From assembly GCA_036769135.1 (NCBI GenBank), contig DAIPLR010000002.1:4797-48582 (forward strand): a DNA stretch of 43,786 nt. Direction: 5' to 3'. How positions within the stretch are numbered: position 1 is the first letter of the stretch; each line of letters begins with the position of its first letter. Below, piece by piece: positions 36,856-43,786 of the stretch. Below the pieces are notes generated by a model that worked only from the letters and a program-made list of their open reading frames with translations, was not told the origin of the DNA and made no database searches. Made by a program: the position numbers and the translations under genes. Source of the DNA: Spirochaetales bacterium. GTDB taxonomy: Bacteria; Spirochaetota; Spirochaetia; Treponematales; UBA12059.

Positions 36856-37312
36856 GTCGGCTATCCGCGCCCTCCGCTCGGCCGCGGCCCTCGCCTTCGA
36901 ACGATCGCGCGGCCGACGCGGGCGCATCGCGGGGACCTGCCTAGGCGCGCTGAGCGGCGGCCGCCACTTTACCTTCGGCGCGCTCGCCGGCTACGTACTC
37001 GGCGCCCTGGTCGACGCGTACTTCGAGAGGCGCGCCGCGCCGGGCGACGGATACCGCGATGAGGCGGCCGCCGGCCGCGGGGCCGAACGGCGGGGCGATG
37101 CCGAGGCCGAAACGGCGGAGCGCGCTAGGCTCTACGCCCTCTTCGGGCTCGAACCCGGCGCGCCTCCCGACGAGCTAAAACGGGCGTACCGCCGCCTCTG
37201 CCGTGACATGCATCCCGATAGAAGCGGCGGCTCCGAGGAAGGCTTCCGCGCCATCAAAGCCGCCTATGACAGGCTCGCCGACGCCCCCTCCGGGGCGAAG
37301 CCGGATAGCTAG
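36839..37312 (+). CDS. membrane-anchored J-domain co-chaperone (DjlA-like)
   Basis: It has an N-terminal TM (FTFGALAGYVLGALVDAYF) and a C-terminal J domain LYALFGLEPGAPPDELKRAYRRLCRDMHPDRSGG with the HPD motif. Confidence 0.65.
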   Translation: MRRALESAIRALRSAAALAFERSRGRRGRIAGTCLGALSGGRHFTFGALAGYVLGALVDAYFERRAAPGDGYRDEAAAGRGAERRGDAEAETAERARLYALFGLEPGAPPDELKRAYRRLCRDMHPDRSGGSEEGFRAIKAAYDRLADAPSGAKPDS

Positions 37313-37321
37313 TACGAACCG

Positions 37322-37450
37322 TAGCCAATTTCAAAAGTCGGTTACTTTTGAAATTGGCTTTGCGATTGCTTGCGTTTGCGTTGCAAACGCTGCGCCCAAT
37401 CGCAGTTTTCTAAGGTAGCTCTTTCAAAACTCGCTGAGTTTTGAAAGAGC
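37322..37450. repeat. 129-bp structured intergenic repeat, copy 2 (identical to 31552..31680); overlaps the last 8 codons of sppA
   Basis: It is an exact 129/129 match in direct orientation 5,770 bp from copy 1. It lies between the convergent djlA-like and sppA genes. Confidence 0.95.
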
Positions 37451-39871
37451 CTCACTGAGCAGGGACGAGGGCTCCAGGAGGAGCGGACCCGTGCCCATCG
37501 CCTGTATCGTATCCGCCGCCGAGCCGAGCTCGGTTAAACTCCGGATAAGCCCCGAGCGCGCCAGGCCGCTAGCCGACATGAGCCACGGTCCCCAGTCCAT
37601 GAGCGAGCCAGGCGACTCGTAGCGTAGCTTTATCGGGCCGCCGAGCCTCAGGCGCATCGCCCCTACGGCGGCGTCTAAGCCGCCTATCTCGTCGACCAAG
37701 CCCAGCTCCTTGGCCTCGGCCCCGAGCCAGACCTGACCCTTGCCTAGTTCGTCGGCCCGCTCCAGGCTCAGACCGCGGCCCTGGCTCACCGTCGCGACGA
37801 AGCGGCCGTAGATAGACGCGATGGCCTCGTTCAAGGCCGCGGCATCGCCCGGCCTGTGGGGCAAGAGGGGATTGGCGAAGGCGGCGTTGTCGCCGGGACC
37901 TACGCTCTCCGCCTTGACGCCGAGCTTATCGACCAAGCCGCTCGCGTCCGGCATGAGTCCGGTGACGCCGATCGAGCCGGTGATCGTGCCCTCCTCGGCC
38001 CAGATGCGCTCGGCGAAGGCCGAGATATAGTAGCCGCCCGAGGCGGCGTAGCCGCCCATGGAGACGAACAGGGGCTTGCCGGCCTCGCGGAAGCGTCGTA
38101 CCTCCCGCGCTATGTAGTCGCTGACCGCGGCGCTTCCGCCGCCCGAATCGACGCGCAGGATGACGCCGGCCACGGCCGCGTCTTCGCGCAGCTCGGCCAG
38201 CCTGGCGGCGGCCGATTCGCCTATGCTGGCGCCGGCGACGCCGGGGCCTTCGATGATGGAGCCCGAGAGCCCCAGCACGACCACGGCCTTGGCCAGCGGG
38301 TGCGCGCCCCACGCCCCGTCCCGGGCCGCGCGATAGGCCTCGATGCCGATGCGCTTCGTCCAGCCGCGTCCTTCGAGCCCTTCCAAGAACTCGTCGCGGT
38401 AGGAGAGCTCCTCCGCCAGGCCGGCGGCGACGGCCTTGGCCGAGACCAGGTAAGGGCCGGCGGCGATGACGGCCGAGGCCTCCGCGCCTAGCCTTCCGGT
38501 GCGCCCTGCGGCTAGCCTGGCGGCCGCCTGGCGCGACAGCCCGCCTAGGTAGCGCTCGAGGCCCTCCCGCTCGGCGGCGGTCATGCCGTATTCGGTGAAG
38601 GCGTTATAGGCGGTTTTCTCGTCATGGGAGCGCAGGGTATGGAAGCGCAGCCCGAGCTTATCGAAGAGCCCCCTAAAATACAGCCGCGCGCCGCCTAACT
38701 CGACGAGCGCCACGGAACCGTTGGGGTCGATCGCCAGATAGTCGGCTTGGGAGGCTAGGTAGAGATAGGCGCCGCGCCCGGCGTTTCGTACGTAGGCGTA
38801 GACGGGCTTTCCGGTAGCGCGGAAGGCGTCCAGGGCGCGGGCGAAAGCCTGACCGGCCGCATCGGAGGGCGGCTCCGGGGGTTCGAGGAGGACCAGGGCG
38901 CCGATGCGCGGGTCTTCCGCGGCCGCCAGCACCGATTCGACGTAGAGGTCGAAGCTCGCGCGGCCGCTCCGCCTGGCCGCCATACCGGCCGGTAGGACGA
39001 GCCCGGCGTCCTCGGCGCCGTCGATGACCAGCGCCGCGGCTTGGGGCGCTACGAAGGCGGGCCGCGCCTTGAAGCGGGGATCGGCGCGCAGGGCCGCGCC
39101 GAAGCCCAGGCGCTCGCCGGCCGGGGAGGCCGCGGCGGCCGCCAAGTCGGGGACGGCCAGGGTCGTCTCCGTCGGCCCGAGCGCCATCGAGAGGCTCAGG
39201 CTTACGGCGCCCGAGCCGAAGTCGTAGGACGCCCCTATCCTGGCCGCGTCGTCCAGGCGGAGGCGGGCGCCCGCCTCCCGCCAGCTAAAGCCGGCGTCGC
39301 CGTAGCGGGCCGTGGCCGAGAGGGTCAAGACGGAGCTAAGCTCGGGCCGCGACTCGATGAAGGCCAGCGGCCGGACGGCCAGGCCGAAGTCCCAGGACGG
39401 CGAGGCCGATAGGGCATCCGTCAGGCCTAGGCCGAGCGATAGGGCTGCGTTCGGGCGGATCAGGTAGCTGAAGTCCCAGGCGCCCCCGCTTCGGTAGCGC
39501 AGGCCGCTCGAGAACGCCTTGCCCATGGCGAAGGAAACGACGAGCTCCTGGCTCGGCGAGCCCTGCCCGTCGTCGGCGTAGCGGTAGAGGAGGCCCGGGA
39601 GGCCGAAGGCCAAGGCGTAGGGCGCGCCTTCGAGCCGGCGGGCGGCCAGCTCGTCGAGAGAAGCCTGGGTATAGAAGCCGGCGGCGAATTCGAGTGTCCG
39701 ACCCCAGGCCGCAGGGTTGTAGAACTGGTCCCAGAGGCTATCGGGATCGGGCTCGGCGCTGAAGGCCGGCGCTTCGAGGTAAGCCCGGCTGGCCTGGGCT
39801 CCGACGCCTGAAACGGCGAACAGGACGAGGAGTATGCCCGCGATCGCGGCGGCGAATCGAGTTTTGCTCAT
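37424..39871 (-). CDS. sppA: signal peptide peptidase SppA (tandem S49 domains, 67K type) with ~300-aa N-terminal signal-peptide-bearing beta-rich extension
   Basis: Two S49/ClpP-fold regions are present (GKPVYAYVRNAGRGAYLYLASQADYL...; GKPLFVSMGGYAASGGYYISAFAERIWAEEGTITGSIGV). I chose the start at MSKTRFAAAIAGILL (RBS GAAAGG). The C-terminal ALSKLSEF* is encoded by hairpin 3 of the repeat. Confidence 0.8.
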   Translation of the reverse strand: MSKTRFAAAIAGILLVLFAVSGVGAQASRAYLEAPAFSAEPDPDSLWDQFYNPAAWGRTLEFAAGFYTQASLDELAARRLEGAPYALAFGLPGLLYRYADDGQGSPSQELVVSFAMGKAFSSGLRYRSGGAWDFSYLIRPNAALSLGLGLTDALSASPSWDFGLAVRPLAFIESRPELSSVLTLSATARYGDAGFSWREAGARLRLDDAARIGASYDFGSGAVSLSLSMALGPTETTLAVPDLAAAAASPAGERLGFGAALRADPRFKARPAFVAPQAAALVIDGAEDAGLVLPAGMAARRSGRASFDLYVESVLAAAEDPRIGALVLLEPPEPPSDAAGQAFARALDAFRATGKPVYAYVRNAGRGAYLYLASQADYLAIDPNGSVALVELGGARLYFRGLFDKLGLRFHTLRSHDEKTAYNAFTEYGMTAAEREGLERYLGGLSRQAAARLAAGRTGRLGAEASAVIAAGPYLVSAKAVAAGLAEELSYRDEFLEGLEGRGWTKRIGIEAYRAARDGAWGAHPLAKAVVVLGLSGSIIEGPGVAGASIGESAAARLAELREDAAVAGVILRVDSGGGSAAVSDYIAREVRRFREAGKPLFVSMGGYAASGGYYISAFAERIWAEEGTITGSIGVTGLMPDASGLVDKLGVKAESVGPGDNAAFANPLLPHRPGDAAALNEAIASIYGRFVATVSQGRGLSLERADELGKGQVWLGAEAKELGLVDEIGGLDAAVGAMRLRLGGPIKLRYESPGSLMDWGPWLMSASGLARSGLIRSLTELGSAADTIQAMGTGPLLLEPSSLLSEALSKLSEF

Positions 39872-39978
39872 ACTGACCTTTCTTTCGATGGATCGTATCG
39901 GGCCGTCGGCCCGCGCTGATACAACGGTATCGCCGCCGACGGGAAAAACCAAATTCGATCGCCGCGATTCAGGCGGGA

Positions 39979-41001
39979 TTATTCAGCGACGCGCCAGCGG
40001 AGGGTCCGCCCCGCGGCGAGCGGTACGGCGCCGTCCATGAGCTCGGGGACGCGCCACGGCGAGCGCTCGAGGCGGAGGAGGCCTTCGTTTAGCGGAAGGC
40101 CGTAGAACGCGGCGCCGGCCCGGCTCACGAAGCCCTCGAGCGCATCCAGCCGGCCGAGCTCCTCGAAGGCCTCGGCCAGGAGGGCCAGGGCGGTCGGGGC
40201 CGCGTAGCAGCCGGCGGCGCCCGCCGCCTTGGCTTCGGGCGGGTGGGGAGCCGAGTCGCTGCCGAAGAAGAACTTGGGCGAGCCCGAGCTCGCCGCCTGG
40301 CGCAGGTCGTCGCGGCTGCGCTCGGACTTGAGGACGGGCTTACAGTAGAGCGACGGCGTAAGGCGCTCGCCTAGGAGGTCGTCTATAGTGAACGAGAGGT
40401 GGTGGGCGGTGATCGTGGCGGCGACGCGATCGGGCCAGGCCTTGACGGCCTGTACCCCGGCCCGCGACGAGACGTGCTCCATGACGAGCTTCAGGCGCGG
40501 GTAACGTCCGATCACGCGCTCCAGGACGGGCAGGAAGGCCTCCTCGCGCTCCAGGACGGGGCGGGACGGATCCTCGGCGTGCACGGAGAGGACGAGGCCG
40601 AGCTCCTCCATAGCCGCCAGCTCCTCGGCTACGGACTCGGGCGAGGGGACGCCGTCGGCGGCGTTCGTGGTGGAGCCGATCGGATAGTACTTCCCGGCTA
40701 GGGCGCCGGCGGCGGCGCAGTCGCGCACGGCGGCCGCGCCCATGCCCGGCAGGAGCTTGAAGGCGAAGAGCGGCGCGCAGGCGTAGCCCGCCATGCCCGC
40801 CAGGACGGCGCGGCGGTAGTCGCCCAGGGCGCGGCCGGACGAGATCGGGGGGACGGTGTTGGGCATGGCGAGCGCGCGGCCGAAGTGGCGCGCGCTGCGG
40901 GCCGCGTAGGCGGCCAGGGGCGGCCCCTGCCGCAGGTGGACGTGGAAGTCGTCCGGGCGCCGGAGCTCCAGGAAGGCGCCCGCGGCGCTATCGCCCGCCA
41001 T
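39979..41001 (-). CDS. pyrC: dihydroorotase (homodimeric type, PyrC)
   Basis: The motif ELRRPDDFHVHLRQG...ALAMPNTVPPI aligns with E. coli PyrC KIRRPDDWHLHLRDG...AIVMPNLAPP. I chose the start at MAGDSAAG (41001) and rejected the upstream Arg/Ser-rich extension. Confidence 0.85.
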   Translation of the reverse strand: MAGDSAAGAFLELRRPDDFHVHLRQGPPLAAYAARSARHFGRALAMPNTVPPISSGRALGDYRRAVLAGMAGYACAPLFAFKLLPGMGAAAVRDCAAAGALAGKYYPIGSTTNAADGVPSPESVAEELAAMEELGLVLSVHAEDPSRPVLEREEAFLPVLERVIGRYPRLKLVMEHVSSRAGVQAVKAWPDRVAATITAHHLSFTIDDLLGERLTPSLYCKPVLKSERSRDDLRQAASSGSPKFFFGSDSAPHPPEAKAAGAAGCYAAPTALALLAEAFEELGRLDALEGFVSRAGAAFYGLPLNEGLLRLERSPWRVPELMDGAVPLAAGRTLRWRVAE

Positions 41002-42664
41002 GGAAGGAGAGCTCCAGGATCGAGACGTCGTCCGCGAAGGGCTCCCGGGCGCTCCGCTCGCGTACCGCGTCGACGATGCGGCGTATGGGCGAGATGCAGT
41101 CGGGCGAGCGCGCGCAGTCGGCGCTATGGGCCTCGAAGAGCGCGACGAAATCGGCCCAGCGCAGGAGCGAGCCATCCTTGAGGCGCACCTCGTAGAGGCC
41201 GTCGCTGAACAGGTAGAGCTGCGAGCCCAGCGGCACGAAGGCTTCCCGCTCGGGGAAGGCGGCTGTATCGTCGACGCCGATGATCGGCCCCTCCGACACC
41301 AGCTCCTCAGCCTTCTCCCCGGGCCTGCAGAGCAGGGCCGGCGGCGCCCCGCCGGTGGCGTAGCGTACGGCGCGGCGGGTCGGATCCCAGACGCCGTACC
41401 ATATCGTAAAGTACATATTGTTTTGATCCTCGATGCGGAACGACTCGTTGAGCCACGCGAGCACCGAGCGAGGCGAGCCGTAGTCCAGGCCGCCCAGGCT
41501 CTTGGCCTTGAGCAGGTTCATGACCGTCACCGAGAGGAGGGCCGCCTCGATACCATGGCCGCTCACGTCGATCAGGAAGAAGGCCAGGCGGCCGTCTTCC
41601 AGGCGCTGGTACGAGAAGCTGTCGCCGCCGAGGCTCAGCGAGGGGATGAACTCCCAATCGATGGCCAGGCCCGGCCAGCGCACCCGTTGCGGCAGGAGGC
41701 TCCGAACGTACGCGGCCGCGTCGCGCAGCTCCGCGTTGAGCCTGGACTGGGCCCTGGCCAGGCTCGCGAGCGCCTCCTCGTTCCGCCGCTTGTACTCCCG
41801 CTTCTCCAGGATGTTGTTGATGCGCGCCTTAAGTATGATCGGGTTGAAATCGCGTGGTAGGTAATCCTCGGCGCCCAGCTCGAGGCAGCGCGCTATCGAG
41901 GCGTCGTCCTCCAAGGCGCTCACCATGATCACGGAGACCTCGCGTAGGGCCTCGTCTGCATGTATCGAATCTAAGAACTGAAAGCCGTTCATGCCCGGCA
42001 TCATGAGGTCCACGAGGGCTATGTCGAAGGACGCTTGGCGCAGGATCGACAGCGCCTCCTGCCCGTCCGCGGCCTGGCAGCTCAGGTGGCCCTGGCGTTC
42101 CAAGAGGCGTACGAGGAGCTCGCGGTTGATCGCGTCGTCGTCCACCACCAGGATGCGGCCGGGCCGGACCGCCTTGCCGGCCTCATCGCCGAGGGCGACG
42201 GACGCGGCGTCGGGCACGAAGGCGCCGCGCTCCTCCCGGTCGCGCATGAGGTCGACGAGCGAGTTTACGGCGTCCTGGACGCGGCGGAGATCCTCCTCCG
42301 GGCCGGGCTCGAGGCGCAGGCGCTTGACGGCTTGGATGGCGTTCATCAGGTCATAGATGCGGCCGTAGGCCTCGTCACGCAGCGCCTCGACGCGGGCGGA
42401 GTCCGGGGCCGCCGGTTCGACGCCCGCCGGGGCGGCCGGCGCGGCGGCCGTCGATACGTCGGCGTCGAGGGCCAGGAGGTAGGCTAGCATCGGCGCTTTA
42501 AGGGCGGCCGCCGCCGCCTTGAAGCGCGCGACGGCAGGCTCGGCGTCCGGCGGCGCGGCGGCCTCGGCGACCATCTCGGCGTAGCCTAAGGCATGATTAA
42601 GGAAGGTCCTCGCCTCGTGCCTGAACCGGAGCTGCCCGCCCGCTTCGCTACGTTCGCTCGGCAT
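40988..42664 (-). CDS. response-regulator receiver fused to PP2C/SpoIIE serine phosphatase (RsbU/RsbP-like), with N-terminal HisKA-like H-box helix
   Basis: The receiver is RILVVDDDAINRELL...DIALVDLMMPGMNGFQF. The PP2C region is LIDVSGHGIEAAL...LYLFSDGLYE. The N-terminal ~110 aa contain LRFRHEARTFLNHALGYAEMV, resembling the HisKA phospho-acceptor motif (H-E-x-R-T-P-L-N). Confidence 0.8.
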   Translation of the reverse strand: MPSERSEAGGQLRFRHEARTFLNHALGYAEMVAEAAAPPDAEPAVARFKAAAAALKAPMLAYLLALDADVSTAAAPAAPAGVEPAAPDSARVEALRDEAYGRIYDLMNAIQAVKRLRLEPGPEEDLRRVQDAVNSLVDLMRDREERGAFVPDAASVALGDEAGKAVRPGRILVVDDDAINRELLVRLLERQGHLSCQAADGQEALSILRQASFDIALVDLMMPGMNGFQFLDSIHADEALREVSVIMVSALEDDASIARCLELGAEDYLPRDFNPIILKARINNILEKREYKRRNEEALASLARAQSRLNAELRDAAAYVRSLLPQRVRWPGLAIDWEFIPSLSLGGDSFSYQRLEDGRLAFFLIDVSGHGIEAALLSVTVMNLLKAKSLGGLDYGSPRSVLAWLNESFRIEDQNNMYFTIWYGVWDPTRRAVRYATGGAPPALLCRPGEKAEELVSEGPIIGVDDTAAFPEREAFVPLGSQLYLFSDGLYEVRLKDGSLLRWADFVALFEAHSADCARSPDCISPIRRIVDAVRERSAREPFADDVSILELSFHGGR

Positions 42665-42783
42665 GCTCTTCAGCGTACTTCCTGAATTCCTCTTCCGACA
42701 TCGTATCGGCGTACATCGGATAGAGGGCCTCGACTAGCTCCTCGAGGGTGGGGAACTTCGCGCCATCGAGCTTATAAGCCATT
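42648..42783 (-). CDS. possible 44-aa small ORF (MAYKLDGAKFPTLEELVEALYPMYADTMSEEEFRKYAEEHAERT) overlapping the start of the receiver-PP2C gene by 17 nt
   Basis: An SD-like GGGAG lies 6 nt upstream. It is not in the ORF track, which has a length cut-off. The call is speculative. Confidence 0.2.
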
Positions 42784-42945
42784 CCGTACTCCCTGCGCCA
42801 TTTCTCTAATCGTTATCATCCTAGCCCATGGTATCGCATTTATCAACGCCGAATTCGGCGTCGCGGCCGGCGCCGCCGCGCTTGCCCGCCCCGGCGGACC
42901 ATGCTATGCTGGTATATCCCTTTTTGTATCGATAGGACGAAGCGC

Positions 42946-43305
42946 ATGACCGTACGCGAGATCGTAAGCACCCTCGACGGCGTGCTCCTGACCGGCGAGG
43001 AGCTCCTGGACCTGGATATCAAGGCCGCCTGCGGCGCCGATCTGATGTCCGACGTCATGGCCTTCGTTAAAGAAGGCGTGGTGCTCTTAACCGGGCTCGT
43101 GAATCCCCAGGCCATACGCACCGCCGAGCTCATGGATATCAAGGTCGTGGTCTTCGTGCGCGGCAAGAAGCCGCCGAAGGACATGCTGGATGAGGCGGCC
43201 GCCAACGGTATGGCCGTCGTCGCTACTAAGTATTCCATGTTCCTAGCCTGCGGCCGCCTCTACGAGGCCGGCCTGCGCTCCGGCGGCACCCGGGACATCC
43301 AGTAG
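42946..43305 (+). CDS. DRTGG-domain protein
   Basis: It is ~120 aa (MTVREIVSTLDGVLLTGEELLDLDIKAACGADLMSDVMAFVKEGVVLLTGLVNPQAIRTAELMDIKVVVFVRGKKPP) and fits DRTGG domain proteins that pair with HATPase anti-sigma-like kinases. I chose the start at ATG 42946 with AGGA upstream. Confidence 0.55.
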   Translation: MTVREIVSTLDGVLLTGEELLDLDIKAACGADLMSDVMAFVKEGVVLLTGLVNPQAIRTAELMDIKVVVFVRGKKPPKDMLDEAAANGMAVVATKYSMFLACGRLYEAGLRSGGTRDIQ

Positions 43306-43309
43306 GCCC

Positions 43310-43759
43310 ATGAAGCTCCGCTACGAGGTGCCCGGCGACGATCTGTCGCTGGCCGGCCGAGCCAGCACCGAGGTCAAGCGCGCCTTGGGCCGCTTAGGCA
43401 TAGACCCCGCCGACGTCAAGCGCGTCGCGGTGGCCATGTACGAGGCCGAGATCAACATGGCCATTCACGCCGGCGGCGGCGTCGCCGAGGCCGAGATCAG
43501 CCCCGGCCGCGTCGTCGTGGTGATGGAAGACCGCGGGCCGGGCATCGCCGACCTGGAGCTGGCCATGCAGGAGGGCTACTCGACCGCGCCCGAGAGCGTC
43601 CGCGAGCTGGGCTTCGGCGCCGGCATGGGCCTGCCGAACATTAAGCGCAACGCCGACGAGCTACGCATCGATACCGAGCCCGGCCGCGGCACGACGGTGA
43701 CCATATCCATAGGGTTGAAGCCGGCGATTAGCGATGATGCGTCGGGAGGCTCGGCCTAG
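43310..43759 (+). CDS. anti-sigma regulatory factor-type Ser/Thr protein kinase (HATPase_c_2, RsbW/SpoIIAB-like)
   Basis: It has the N-box YEAEINMAIHAGGG and G-boxes EDRGPGI / GFGAGMGL. It is 149 aa and lies 4 nt after the DRTGG gene. Confidence 0.75.
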   Translation: MKLRYEVPGDDLSLAGRASTEVKRALGRLGIDPADVKRVAVAMYEAEINMAIHAGGGVAEAEISPGRVVVVMEDRGPGIADLELAMQEGYSTAPESVRELGFGAGMGLPNIKRNADELRIDTEPGRGTTVTISIGLKPAISDDASGGSA

Positions 43760-43760
43760 C

Positions 43761-43786
43761 GTGGGCGACTTCAGCTTCCATTCGGT
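43761..43786 (+). CDS. possible start of a PHP-domain protein (GTG; VGDFSFHS...), truncated by window end
   Basis: Only 8 codons are visible. D-x-H-x-HS resembles the PHP N-terminal motif, and DRTGG-HATPase-PHP is a recurrent gene trio. Confidence 0.2.

Noticed and set aside
31552-37450. The 129-bp repeats considered as integron attC / VCR-like sites.
   Set aside because: There is no intI integrase and no short promoterless cassette array. The bracketed interval is 5.8 kb with its own promoters. The structure is three separate perfect hairpins, not the single imperfect R''-L''/L'-R' palindrome with extrahelical bases.
1-43786. Searched for CRISPR arrays, tRNA/rRNA genes, transposases/integrases and toxin-antitoxin pairs.
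   Set aside because: None was recognisable. No regularly spaced short repeats, no cloverleaf-like conserved tRNA segments, and no DDE or tyrosine-recombinase motifs were seen.

Overview
High-GC (~70%) chromosomal segment from a motile diderm bacterium; gene content is broadly compatible with a Spirochaetota-like or Synergistota-like anaerobe, but I cannot assign taxonomy from sequence alone. Most of the window is ordinary core and accessory chromosome: an NfeD-flotillin-flotillin operon (the second flotillin is absent from the ORF track because it runs off the left edge), an orphan sensor kinase, L/F-transferase, a BMP/PnrA-type nucleoside ABC transporter (4 genes), nitroreductase, a macro-domain + YcaQ/AlkZ-like pair, a second sensor kinase, a secernin-like C69 peptidase, a GGDEF cyclase, ferritin, a tocopherol-cyclase-like protein, PepP, flagellar rod genes flgF-flgG-flgJ(rod-binding), pyrG, lptC-like/lptA/lptB followed by a sigma-54 activator, TrmH-like and SDR genes, SppA, pyrC, an RsbU-like receiver-PP2C phosphatase, and at the right edge a DRTGG/HATPase(/PHP) regulatory module. 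The stretch I consider most interesting is ~31.5-37.5 kb: two perfectly identical 129-bp direct repeats, each folding into three perfect hairpins and locally AT-rich, bracket a 5.6-kb cassette encoding a low-GC STAS domain protein with a C-terminal zinc ribbon, YbjN, PspA/IM30, an atypical OmpR-like winged-helix protein, two membrane proteins and a DjlA-like membrane J-domain protein. Inside it is a 320-bp AT-rich intergenic region carrying two perfect DnaA-box 9-mers. I propose this as a membrane-stress (Psp-like) / partner-switching island bounded by a structured repeat. Many long ORFs in the track are antisense or Arg-rich artefacts of GC-rich sequence and were rejected. No integrase, transposase, CRISPR, tRNA or rRNA was seen.
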